Shown: positions 9,801 to 16,360 of the stretch, piece after piece | Layout: every line of letters begins with the position of its first letter | How positions within the stretch are numbered: position 1 is the first letter of the stretch | Assembly (NCBI GenBank): GCA_964582635.1 | Contig: CAZOSO010000004.1 | Location: 1 to 34,046 of the forward strand | Direction of reading: 5' to 3' | From: an uncultured Weeksellaceae bacterium | Lineage (GTDB): Bacteria; Bacteroidota; Bacteroidia; Flavobacteriales_D; CAYVSK01 | DNA: 34,046 nt | Notes under the pieces: model-generated | What the model was told of the DNA's origin: nothing | Databases searched by the model: none | What the model saw: only the letters and a program-made list of their open reading frames with translations | Made by a program: the position numbers and the translations under genes

Positions 9801-10300
9801 AAGAAGGGCCAAAGAAAAAAGGGAAAGGCAAGAAAAAGGACGGTGGGAAAGGCGGAAAAGGAGGCATGAGCAAAGAATTGGCCAAATTGGCCAAGGAGCA
9901 AGCTGCGATCCGCCGCAGGCTCCGTGAATTGAGTCAAAAGCTGGACCAGAGCGGGAAAGGGATCGGCAATGAACTGCAGCGGATCGCTGAACAGATGGAG
10001 AAGACCGAAGAGGACATTGTGAACAAAAAGCTCGATCAAGAAACACTAAAACGGCAAGGAAAGATCGAAAGCCGCCTCCTGAAATCCGAAAAAGCCGAGC
10101 GCAAACGGGGTTTCAAAAAAGAAAGAAAATCCGAGCTTGCAAAAGATCGTAAATACAGTAACCCAGAAGAATTTTTCGAGTATAAAAGAAAGAAAGAACA
10201 GGAAGTCGAACTCCTCAAAACGGTACCACCTACCCTGAACCCTTACTATAAAGAAAAAGTGGACCGATACTTTGAGCGATATCAAGATCAAGACCGATGA
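6803..10300 (+). CDS. Large (1165 aa) membrane-anchored, lysine/glutamate/glutamine-rich coiled-coil protein, DUF4175-like, function unknown
   Basis: There are two N-terminal TM helices (LLAVASLILAYLCITSL, ILFYGFILFTAAIVGKWMVL) and a third around aa 165-185 (ALPPLLLFLILLFGAP). A ~320-aa mixed/beta-rich domain follows. A ~330-aa block composed almost only of K/E/Q/M/L spans nt ~8330-9300. The C-terminal helical part contains a K/G tract (KKKGKGKKKDGGKGGKGG, nt ~9806-9866). The architecture matches my recollection of the DUF4175 family. Confidence 0.7.
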   Translation: MSNGNEYKLLLRKLDEFIRKYYKNQLLKGSLLAVASLILAYLCITSLEYFGHFPSFIRSILFYGFILFTAAIVGKWMVLPAFRLFKLGQTIDHKEAARIIGSHFPDIRDKLLNTLELQEQAEKGTATAGASKELIRASIDRRIQDLRPIPFTQAIDLSANRKYLKYALPPLLLFLILLFGAPNILRDGTQRIVEHASHFEPEAPFDFVLQNDSLRVVEQKDFRLNVGIEGKELPDKAYIEMNGNRFKLKKEQAGDFYHHFKGVDEDVTFHLTAGGFRSKKYQLRTLPDPRVVEFKVVAKPPSYTGREKIQKNNSGDLKVPEGTRIEWKFRTEEAEQLLFSMGDSTYNPQQMEENRYRFIQKVFSDQGYRIQPKNRFVKDQEGIQYRIQVQKDRYPQIEVEEKVDSLTEKKRYFRGKIDDDHGFTQLKFHYRAIPKESGKAPSERPEMKTEALSAPQGKTNGEFFHAWSLSQLGIGAGDRVEYYFSVTDNDRVNGPKTTRSQKMTYRAPTKKELRKETEEKEREITKDLKKGVESSKELQKKMSEIRKDLLNKQKAGWKEKKKIEEALQEQKKLQKRMEEISKKRQKMEQRNSEFRKQNEELQKKQKKLEELFDKVMSEKMKKMLKELQKNLDKMDRKELQKKMEEMELSNKELEEKLDRNLEMFKRLEFEKELQESIEQMEEMKKEQKELAEKTEQEEQQKGESQALDSLKKEQDSLNKEFQKMREQLDSLRKKDQELEHPKGMKDTDPKEKEIQKDMEESSKELQKGKQQKGSKKQSGDSKQSGDSKKSGNSKQKGASKKQKDAAQKMGELSKSLKQMQQKMKQQTLKMNMRTLRALLHNLIELSFDQEKLMERVKKANTDDPAYTDLGKEQKRIKEDFGKIKDSLYELSKQVFQLKAKIDQQVEKADRNMRKSIGHLSEREPGKAASREQYAMTAMNELALLLDESLKQMQKQLAMKMPGKGNCQKPGGKGKGAPSLSQLRKMQQKLNKKMKQMQKGQEGPKKKGKGKKKDGGKGGKGGMSKELAKLAKEQAAIRRRLRELSQKLDQSGKGIGNELQRIAEQMEKTEEDIVNKKLDQETLKRQGKIESRLLKSEKAERKRGFKKERKSELAKDRKYSNPEEFFEYKRKKEQEVELLKTVPPTLNPYYKEKVDRYFERYQDQDR
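9131..9202 (+). repeat. In-frame imperfect tandem repeat, four 18-nt units encoding a K-Q/K-S-G-D/N-S hexapeptide
   Basis: The four units are caaagcggagattcaaag / caaagcggggactccaag / aaaagtgggaactcgaag / caaaagggtgcctcgaaa. They translate to QSGDSK QSGDSK KSGNSK QKGASK inside the DUF4175-like CDS. Confidence 0.6.
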
Positions 10301-10737
10301 GCCTTATGGATCAAACCGTGCACGCCACCCGGAATGAGTTGGATCTCCCTTCGAGCCTCGAGAACCTTCCCCGCGTCGAGAAATTCATCGATGAAGCTTG
10401 CGAAAGCTTTCACATCGACGAGGATTTTTACGGGAACATCCTTGTCGCAGTGACCGAAGCAGTGAACAACGCTATCCAACACGGCAATCAAGAAGACCCC
10501 GACCGAAGTTTCAAGGTTTCCTTTGAAGCCAATGAGGAGCTCCAAAAACTGACCTTCCGTGTGGAAGATGCCGGCGAAGGCTTCGACTACGAGAACGTCC
10601 CGGACCCTACAGCACCTGAGAACCTGGAAAAACCTTTCGGACGAGGCATTTTCCTTATGCGGAACCTGGCGGATGAAGTGGAGTTTTACGACGAAGGGCG
10701 CGTGGTCGAATTGACCTTCCAGATGCAAAAGAACTGA
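10297..10737 (+). CDS. RsbW/SpoIIAB-like ATP-binding protein (anti-sigma regulatory factor type Ser/Thr kinase, HATPase_c fold)
   Basis: The N-box is VAVTEAVNNAIQHGN, the G1 box is FRVEDAGEGFD and the G2-like box is FGRGIFLMRNLADEV. A size of 146 aa is typical. The start ATG overlaps the upstream stop (ATGA at 10297-10300). An ATG at 10306 is an alternative start. Confidence 0.75.
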   Translation: MSLMDQTVHATRNELDLPSSLENLPRVEKFIDEACESFHIDEDFYGNILVAVTEAVNNAIQHGNQEDPDRSFKVSFEANEELQKLTFRVEDAGEGFDYENVPDPTAPENLEKPFGRGIFLMRNLADEVEFYDEGRVVELTFQMQKN

Positions 10738-10742
10738 GCACG

Positions 10743-11183
10743 TTGGAAGCAGCTCCTGCCCGGTTCGACTTTCACACGCAGGACTGTTCATTCCCTGAAG
10801 ACCTGCTCGATCAGAGAACGAGTTCCGAACAACTCGAAAGGCTCATCCGTTCTTACGGCTTCCTCCCCGGGGAGCTGAACATCATCTTCTGTTCCGACGG
10901 AGCCCTCCAGAAAATCCATAAAGCATACCTCGACGAGGATGAGCTCACCGATATCATCACGTTCGACCACGTGGTAGGAGACCAGATCCACGGTGACCTC
11001 TTCATTTCCATCGATCGGGTGCGCTCCAATGCTAAGGAACACGGAAGGCCCGAAAAAGAAGAACTTCACCGTGTCATGGCCCATGGAGTTCTCCATCTCT
11101 TAGGGTACAAAGACAAAGGAGCGAAGGAGCTTCAAGAGATGCGAGCGGCCGAAGATGAAGCCCTCCGTGCGTGGGGGTTCTGA
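10743..11183 (+). CDS. ybeY: rRNA maturation RNase YbeY
   Basis: The zinc-binding signature is HRVMAHGVLHLLGYKD (H..HG.LHL.GY.). 'LNIIFCSDGALQKIHKAYLDEDELTDIITFD' is the conserved YbeY core. The only in-frame start upstream of the core is the TTG at 10743. Confidence 0.85.
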   Translation: MEAAPARFDFHTQDCSFPEDLLDQRTSSEQLERLIRSYGFLPGELNIIFCSDGALQKIHKAYLDEDELTDIITFDHVVGDQIHGDLFISIDRVRSNAKEHGRPEKEELHRVMAHGVLHLLGYKDKGAKELQEMRAAEDEALRAWGF

Positions 11184-11208
11184 TCGTGGCACACCGCCGA
11201 CCGTTCTT

Positions 11209-11216
11209 TATCTTTG
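11209..11216 (+). promoter_or_regulatory. Candidate Bacteroidota -7 promoter element (TATCTTTG) for mnmG
   Basis: It is a perfect match to the Bacteroidetes sigma-A -7 consensus TAnnTTTG, 58 bp upstream of the mnmG ATG. No clear TTG -33 element lies at the expected spacing, so this rests on one motif only. Confidence 0.3.
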
Positions 11217-11246
11217 TATCCGCTTAAAAGTGGGACATTCCTCCGA

Positions 11247-11262
11247 TGTTCCACGTGGAACA
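11247..11262. promoter_or_regulatory. parS (ParB/Spo0J centromere-like binding site), perfect palindrome TGTTCCACGTGGAACA
   Basis: The 16-mer TGTTCCACGTGGAACA was read directly at 11247-11262, and the palindrome extends to the 18-mer ATGTTCCACGTGGAACAT at 11246-11263. It matches the widely conserved parS consensus tGTTNCACGTGAAACa in its fully symmetric form. It is intergenic, 11 bp upstream of the mnmG ATG. Confidence 0.85.
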
Positions 11263-11273
11263 TTTCCTCCTAT

Positions 11274-13160
11274 ATGTACAGCAAGGAATACGATCTCATC
11301 GTGGTGGGTGGGGGCCATGCAGGCTCCGAAGCCGCAGCAGTGGCAGCGAACATGGGCTCCAGTGTCCTCCTCGTCACTATGAACATGAACGCCATCGCCC
11401 AAATGTCCTGCAACCCCGCAATGGGGGGCATCGCCAAAGGACAGATCCTTAAGGAGGTGGATGCCCTCGGCGGCTACTCGGGGATGGTGGCCGATCGATC
11501 CACAGTGCAGTTCCGATTGCTGAACCGCTCGAAAGGGCCGGCCATGTGGAGCCCCAGAAGCCAGAACGATCGACAACGATTCGCCATCACTTGGCGCCGG
11601 ATGCTGGAGGAAACACCCAATGTCGATTTCTGGCAGGACATGGTGACGGAATTGAAGGTGGAGCAAGAGCAGGTAAAAGGGGTTAAAACTTCGATGGGGC
11701 TGGAGTTCAATGCCAAGAACGTCCTCTTGACCAACGGCACCTTTATGAACGGGGTGATCCATCTGGGCGAAAAACAATTCGGAGGTGGAAGGGCAGGAGA
11801 ACGAGCCTCAACAGGGCTAACAGCTCAACTCCAGGAATTGGGTTTTGAAAGCGGGCGAATGAAGACCGGGACACCCCCACGCCTCGACGGCAGGAGCATC
11901 GATCTCTCCCAAACCGAAGAACAAAAAGGGGATGAAGCTCCCGGCAAGTTCTCTTTCTCTCCCCTGACCAAGCCGATCGACGAACAACTTTCCTGCTTTA
12001 TCACCTATACCAATCCCACGGTCCACGAGATCCTGCAGGAAGGATTCGATCGGTCCCCCATGTTCAACGGAAGGATCCAGTCCGTGGGCCCCCGCTATTG
12101 CCCATCCATCGAAGACAAGATCGATCGTTTTGCGGAAAAACCCCAGCACCAACTCTTCATCGAACCCGAAGGGTGGGAAACGGTGGAAACCTACCTCAAC
12201 GGTTTTTCTACATCCCTCCCGGAGGATGTCCAGCTCAAAGCGCTCCAACAGATCCCGGGGCTGGAGAACGTGAAGCTCTTCCGGCCGGGATATGCGATCG
12301 AGTACGATTATTTCCCGCCGACCCAGATCGAGCGGACCATGGAAACGAAAAAGATCGGCGGCCTCTTTTTTGCCGGGCAGATCAACGGGACGACCGGCTA
12401 TGAAGAAGCAGCCTGCCAAGGCGTAATGGCCGGGATCAATGCCCATCAAAGGGCATACGATCAAGAAGCGATCATCCTTCAGCGCTCGGAATCTTATATC
12501 GGGGTTCTCGTGGATGACCTGATCACGAACGGCACCAAGGAACCCTACCGGATGTTCACCTCCAGAGCGGAACACCGGATCCTCCTTCGTCAGGACAACG
12601 CAGACCTCCGCCTGACCCCTAAAGCCCACGAACTCGGTATCGTTTCCGACGAAAGAATGCGAGCAGTAGAAGCTAAGGAACGCAACACGCAGCGTATCAA
12701 GAAACATTTCCAAGAGGCGAGCATAGCCCCGGGAACCATCGATGATACCTTGAAAGAAAAGGGAAGCAGTCCCCTCAAGCAAAAAATGAAACTCCAAAAA
12801 GTGCTTTGCCGCCCCGAGATCAGCATGGAGGACCTTTTGACAGCCGATCCGGAGCTTCAGAACTTCGTCGGTGAGCTCGAAGGCGATGAAAAGGAAACGG
12901 AGGAGGCTCTTAAGCAGGCCGAGATCCAAATGAAATACCAGAGCTACATCGAACGGGAAAGCGAGACGGCCGAAAAGATGCAGCGCCTCGATGAAATGAA
13001 GATCCCCGAAGACCTTGATTATTCAAGGATATCCTCCCTTTCGGCGGAAGGAAAGGAAAAACTCGAAGCCGTTCGCCCCGACGACCTGGGTCAAGCTTCC
13101 CGGATCAGCGGTGTGACCAAGGCGGATATCTCCGTCCTCATGATCTATCTGGACAAGTGA
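11274..13160 (+). CDS. mnmG: tRNA uridine-5-carboxymethylaminomethyl(34) synthesis enzyme MnmG (GidA)
   Basis: The start is MYSKEYDLIVVGGGHAGSEAAAVAANMG (FAD dinucleotide fold). Other matches are MSCNPAMGGIAKGQILKEVDALGG, GPRYCPSIEDKI and FFAGQINGTTGYEEAA, with a C-terminal ...GQASRISGVTKADISVLMIYL. The ATG at 11274 is preferred over the TTG at 11214 listed in the track. Confidence 0.95.
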   Translation: MYSKEYDLIVVGGGHAGSEAAAVAANMGSSVLLVTMNMNAIAQMSCNPAMGGIAKGQILKEVDALGGYSGMVADRSTVQFRLLNRSKGPAMWSPRSQNDRQRFAITWRRMLEETPNVDFWQDMVTELKVEQEQVKGVKTSMGLEFNAKNVLLTNGTFMNGVIHLGEKQFGGGRAGERASTGLTAQLQELGFESGRMKTGTPPRLDGRSIDLSQTEEQKGDEAPGKFSFSPLTKPIDEQLSCFITYTNPTVHEILQEGFDRSPMFNGRIQSVGPRYCPSIEDKIDRFAEKPQHQLFIEPEGWETVETYLNGFSTSLPEDVQLKALQQIPGLENVKLFRPGYAIEYDYFPPTQIERTMETKKIGGLFFAGQINGTTGYEEAACQGVMAGINAHQRAYDQEAIILQRSESYIGVLVDDLITNGTKEPYRMFTSRAEHRILLRQDNADLRLTPKAHELGIVSDERMRAVEAKERNTQRIKKHFQEASIAPGTIDDTLKEKGSSPLKQKMKLQKVLCRPEISMEDLLTADPELQNFVGELEGDEKETEEALKQAEIQMKYQSYIERESETAEKMQRLDEMKIPEDLDYSRISSLSAEGKEKLEAVRPDDLGQASRISGVTKADISVLMIYLDK

Positions 13161-13178
13161 GCTGCCCCCCCTAGCCCC

Positions 13179-14084
13179 ATGGATACAACCCACGAAACCC
13201 TCGGGCATTGCCCGATCTGCAGCAGCCCAGAACGAGAGCCCTTTCTCCGCTGTAAAGATCATACCGTTAGCGGTGAACTTTTCGATATCCAGGAATGTGG
13301 GAATTGTGGCTTCCGCTATACCGATCCCAGACCAGCGGAAGAAAGGATCGGCGCATATTATGAATCCGAGGATTATATCTCCCACTCCAACAAAACCCAG
13401 GGACCGATCGATGCCCTCTACAAATTGGCCCGCCAGTACACGGTCCGCAAAAAACACCGAATGGTCAAAAAGCTCGTGGGAGACCTGCCCCACAGCATCC
13501 TGGACCACGGTTGCGGAACGGGGGAATTCCTGGCCCAATGCCAAAAAAAGGGGTGGGAGGTCCATGGGCTGGAACCGGACGAAGGAGCCCGCCAACAAGC
13601 CTCGCGACTCCTCGGGAAAGAGCCGGATCCACCGGAAAAACTGAAGGAACTCCCGGCAGCGTATTATAGCATCATCACCCTTTGGCACGTCCTCGAACAC
13701 GTGCCGCGCCTCCAAGAAACAGTGGAGGAACTGAAACGGACGCTTCGACCCGGAGGCACCCTGTTAATAGCGGTCCCGAATTGCAGCGCTTATGATGCGC
13801 GCTATTATGGCGCATATTGGGCAGCCTATGATGTTCCTCGCCACTTGTATCATTTCCGCCCCCCTGACATCCGCCGCATTTTTGAGAATAACGGCATGAA
13901 GGTGCGAGAGGTAAGGCCGATGACCTTGGATGCGATCTATGTGTCCATGATGAGCGAAAAACATCGGGGGAAAATGCCTTGGAAAGGGGTTTGGACCGGA
14001 TTCCGATCCAACATGAAAGCCGACCTGGAAAAAGAAGATTACTCAGCTCAGATCTATCTGATCGAGCACGCAAATGACTCCTAA
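13179..14084 (+). CDS. Class I SAM-dependent methyltransferase with an N-terminal Cys4 zinc-ribbon (Methyltransf_23-like)
   Basis: The zinc ribbon is CPICSS...(20 aa)...CGNCGF. SAM motif I is ILDHGCGTGEF, with a post-I acidic residue in GLEPDE. 'LWHVLEHVP' and 'LRPGGTLLIAVPN' are typical of this family. It lies 18 bp downstream of mnmG. Confidence 0.8.
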   Translation: MDTTHETLGHCPICSSPEREPFLRCKDHTVSGELFDIQECGNCGFRYTDPRPAEERIGAYYESEDYISHSNKTQGPIDALYKLARQYTVRKKHRMVKKLVGDLPHSILDHGCGTGEFLAQCQKKGWEVHGLEPDEGARQQASRLLGKEPDPPEKLKELPAAYYSIITLWHVLEHVPRLQETVEELKRTLRPGGTLLIAVPNCSAYDARYYGAYWAAYDVPRHLYHFRPPDIRRIFENNGMKVREVRPMTLDAIYVSMMSEKHRGKMPWKGVWTGFRSNMKADLEKEDYSAQIYLIEHANDS

Positions 14085-14093
14085 GCTCCCTAT

Positions 14094-15170
14094 ATGGACT
14101 CGACCGATTATTTGATCGTCGGACATGGGCTGGCCGGAAGCGTCCTGGCCTGGACCTTCCGCGAAAAAGGGATGGATTTCCGCATCGTGGACCGAGATGA
14201 AGGGGCTTTTTGCTCCCAGGCAGCAGGAGGCTTGATCAACCCCATTTCCCCTCGACGTCCCACTAAGGGCTGGCGAGCGGAGATCCATTTCCCTTATGCG
14301 GAACGCTTTTATCGTTGGGTCGGTGACCGGACTGAAAGGCCTTTTTATCACCCCCTCCCGATCCATCGCCCCTTTAGCGATGAGGAGGAAAAGGAAAGAT
14401 GGAGCTCGAACGCCAAAAAAAAGGGCTACGATCGCTTCCTCTACCCCAAAAGTCCCCAAAAGCTATCGGGGATCGACATAAATCCCCGTTTAGGAGCTGC
14501 TACTTTCCAGGGAGCTTATCTGGACCTTCCCGCTTTCCTGGAAAAAAGCTCTGAAAAAGCGGTTCAAGAAGGAAGCCTTTTCCGAAGGAGCTTCGATCCC
14601 CAGGAGCTCAACAAAATGCAGCACGGTTGGGAATGGGAAGGGATCCGCTTTAAAAAGCTCATCCTTTGCCAGGGCACAAGGATCCGAGAATGCCCTTTCT
14701 TCGGTCATCTTCCCCTTCGCCCCAACAAAGGAGAGATCTTAACCCTCAAAATGCCCGATTTTCCGGAGGACCTGATCCTGAACCGGAATTTTTACGCCAT
14801 CCCCTTGGGGGAAGGGAAGGTCCGAATAGGAGCCACATACGACCATCAAGACCTGACCCCGGAAGCGACCCGGGCCAAAAAAGAAGAACTTTTGGACCGA
14901 ATGGAGCAATGGGTGCACTCGCCTTATGAGGTCCTGGACCATCGAGTGGGCTTTCGTCCGACCACTCCGGACACAAGACCTTATGTCGGCTTTCATCACG
15001 AAGAAAAGAACGTCGCAGTATTCAATGGATTGGGCTCCAAAGGGATCGTCCTAGCACCCTATTGGGCTCAAAAGCTCACAGAAAAACTTCAGGAAGGGGT
15101 CGAAGAAGCTCCGGACCCTGAGGTCGAACCGGAGCGTTTTGATAAAAACAGAAAGGCCGCAAAAGCTTAA
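14094..15170 (+). CDS. FAD-dependent oxidoreductase, DAO (D-amino-acid oxidase/ThiO/MnmC-oxidase) superfamily
   Basis: The N-terminal Rossmann motif is DYLIVGHGLAGSVLAWTF..G..F.IVDRD, followed by S.AAGGLINP, which is characteristic of DAO-family flavoproteins. It is 358 aa and lies 9 bp downstream of the methyltransferase. Confidence 0.8.
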   Translation: MDSTDYLIVGHGLAGSVLAWTFREKGMDFRIVDRDEGAFCSQAAGGLINPISPRRPTKGWRAEIHFPYAERFYRWVGDRTERPFYHPLPIHRPFSDEEEKERWSSNAKKKGYDRFLYPKSPQKLSGIDINPRLGAATFQGAYLDLPAFLEKSSEKAVQEGSLFRRSFDPQELNKMQHGWEWEGIRFKKLILCQGTRIRECPFFGHLPLRPNKGEILTLKMPDFPEDLILNRNFYAIPLGEGKVRIGATYDHQDLTPEATRAKKEELLDRMEQWVHSPYEVLDHRVGFRPTTPDTRPYVGFHHEEKNVAVFNGLGSKGIVLAPYWAQKLTEKLQEGVEEAPDPEVEPERFDKNRKAAKA

Positions 15171-15205
15171 GCTTATCTTTGGCGGCTGCCAAGCTTTTGA
15201 AGAAA

Positions 15206-16360
15206 ATGGGAGGTCCATCCGGCCAGTTCGAGAAAAAGGAGTTGGAGCGTTACAGCCGCCACCTGCTTTTGCCTGAGTTCGGCAGAAAAGGCCAGGAGCG
15301 CCTCAAGAAGAGCAGTGTGCTCGTCATAGGGGCAGGGGCTTTGGGGGCTCCGGTCATTCTTTATCTGGCAGCTGCAGGGGTAGGACGGATCCGCATCGTC
15401 GATCCGGATCGGGTATCCGACCATAACCTCCAACGCCAGGTGCTTTTCCGAACGGACGATGTCGGAGCTCCAAAGGCCGAGCGGGCCCAAAAAGCGGTTG
15501 AGGATCTGAACCCCTGGATCCGAGCGGAAGCAGTAGAAGAACCCTTGAGTTCCCAGAACGCCTTGGAGCACTTAAACGGGATGGATCTCTTGATCGACGG
15601 ATCGGACAATTTCCCGACCCGCTATTTGGCCAACGATGCAAGCGTTCTGGCAGGGATCCCCAACGTGCACGCCTCGGTGTTCCAATTCGAAGGACAGATC
15701 GCCATCTTCAATGGCCCCAGGGAAGGTGAGGAGCGGCCAGTGGACTACCGGGATCTTTTCCCCGAACCCCCTCCACCCGGATCCGTACCGGGCTGCAATG
15801 AAGGAGGGGTCTTGGGCATGCTCCCGGGGATCATGGGAAGCATGCAAGCGAACGAAGCGGTCAAACTCCTGAGTGGGACCGGTCATCCCCTGGAGGGAGA
15901 ACTGTTGATCTTCGATGCCCTTCGAACAGAGCTCCGAAGAATGACGATCCCCAAAGACCCGGAACACCAAGAGATCGAAGAACTGATCGATCATGAAGCT
16001 TTTTGCGGCCTGGGCCCTTCATCCGGAGAAGAAGCCCCACAAGTCAAAACCCTTACCGTAGAAGAGCTCGAAAGCATGAAGCGGAAAGGCAGCCCGTTCA
16101 CTTTGGTGGATGTTCGACAACCTGGAGAGAAAGAGATCGTGGACATCGGAGGCAGGAACATTCCTTTGGACCGCTTCGAAGAAGAGCAAAAGAAGCTCCC
16201 TCGAGAAGATCCGATCGTTTTCTATTGCCGTTCAGGGCAAAGAAGCGCCCGAGCGGCACAACGTTACCAGGAAACCCAAAAGGAGGCTGAAGTATATTCC
16301 CTCGAAGGAGGGGTCCTCGCTTGGATCGAGCGGATCGACCCTGAATTACCAGCTTACTGA
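15206..16360 (+). CDS. MoeB/ThiF-family E1-like adenylyltransferase fused to a C-terminal rhodanese domain (MoeZ-type sulfur-carrier activating enzyme)
   Basis: The ThiF/MoeB core is LERYSRHLLLPEFG..GQERLKKSSVLVIGAGALGAPVILYLAAAGVGRIRIVDPDRVSDHNLQRQVLF. The C-terminal rhodanese domain has the active-site loop FYCRSGQRS. The ATG at 15206 is preferred, and the TTG at 15179 is an alternative start. Confidence 0.85.
   Translation: MGGPSGQFEKKELERYSRHLLLPEFGRKGQERLKKSSVLVIGAGALGAPVILYLAAAGVGRIRIVDPDRVSDHNLQRQVLFRTDDVGAPKAERAQKAVEDLNPWIRAEAVEEPLSSQNALEHLNGMDLLIDGSDNFPTRYLANDASVLAGIPNVHASVFQFEGQIAIFNGPREGEERPVDYRDLFPEPPPPGSVPGCNEGGVLGMLPGIMGSMQANEAVKLLSGTGHPLEGELLIFDALRTELRRMTIPKDPEHQEIEELIDHEAFCGLGPSSGEEAPQVKTLTVEELESMKRKGSPFTLVDVRQPGEKEIVDIGGRNIPLDRFEEEQKKLPREDPIVFYCRSGQRSARAAQRYQETQKEAEVYSLEGGVLAWIERIDPELPAY

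Noticed and set aside
11184-11273. The possibility that the window contains oriC itself, given parS, gidA and an AT-richer spacer.
   Set aside because: I found no cluster of DnaA boxes (TTATCCACA or its complement). The only near match is a single TTATCCAAC at ~1318, inside a gene. There is no dnaA or dnaN gene, and no AT-rich unwinding element of adequate length. The longest spacers are ~90-140 bp. The region is probably origin-proximal but is not the origin.
11817-12929. A 370-aa ORF antisense to mnmG, plus similar long antisense ORFs at 11208..11777, 13023..13715, 21264..21929, 25630..26574, 30026..31015 and 31568..32263.
   Set aside because: In every case the opposite strand carries a gene with unmistakable family motifs (MnmG, methyltransferase, PurH, PBP2, PpiD-like, LptC). 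The antisense translations are R/G/L/P-rich with no recognisable domains. Stop-poor antisense frames of this kind are expected from the codon bias seen here.
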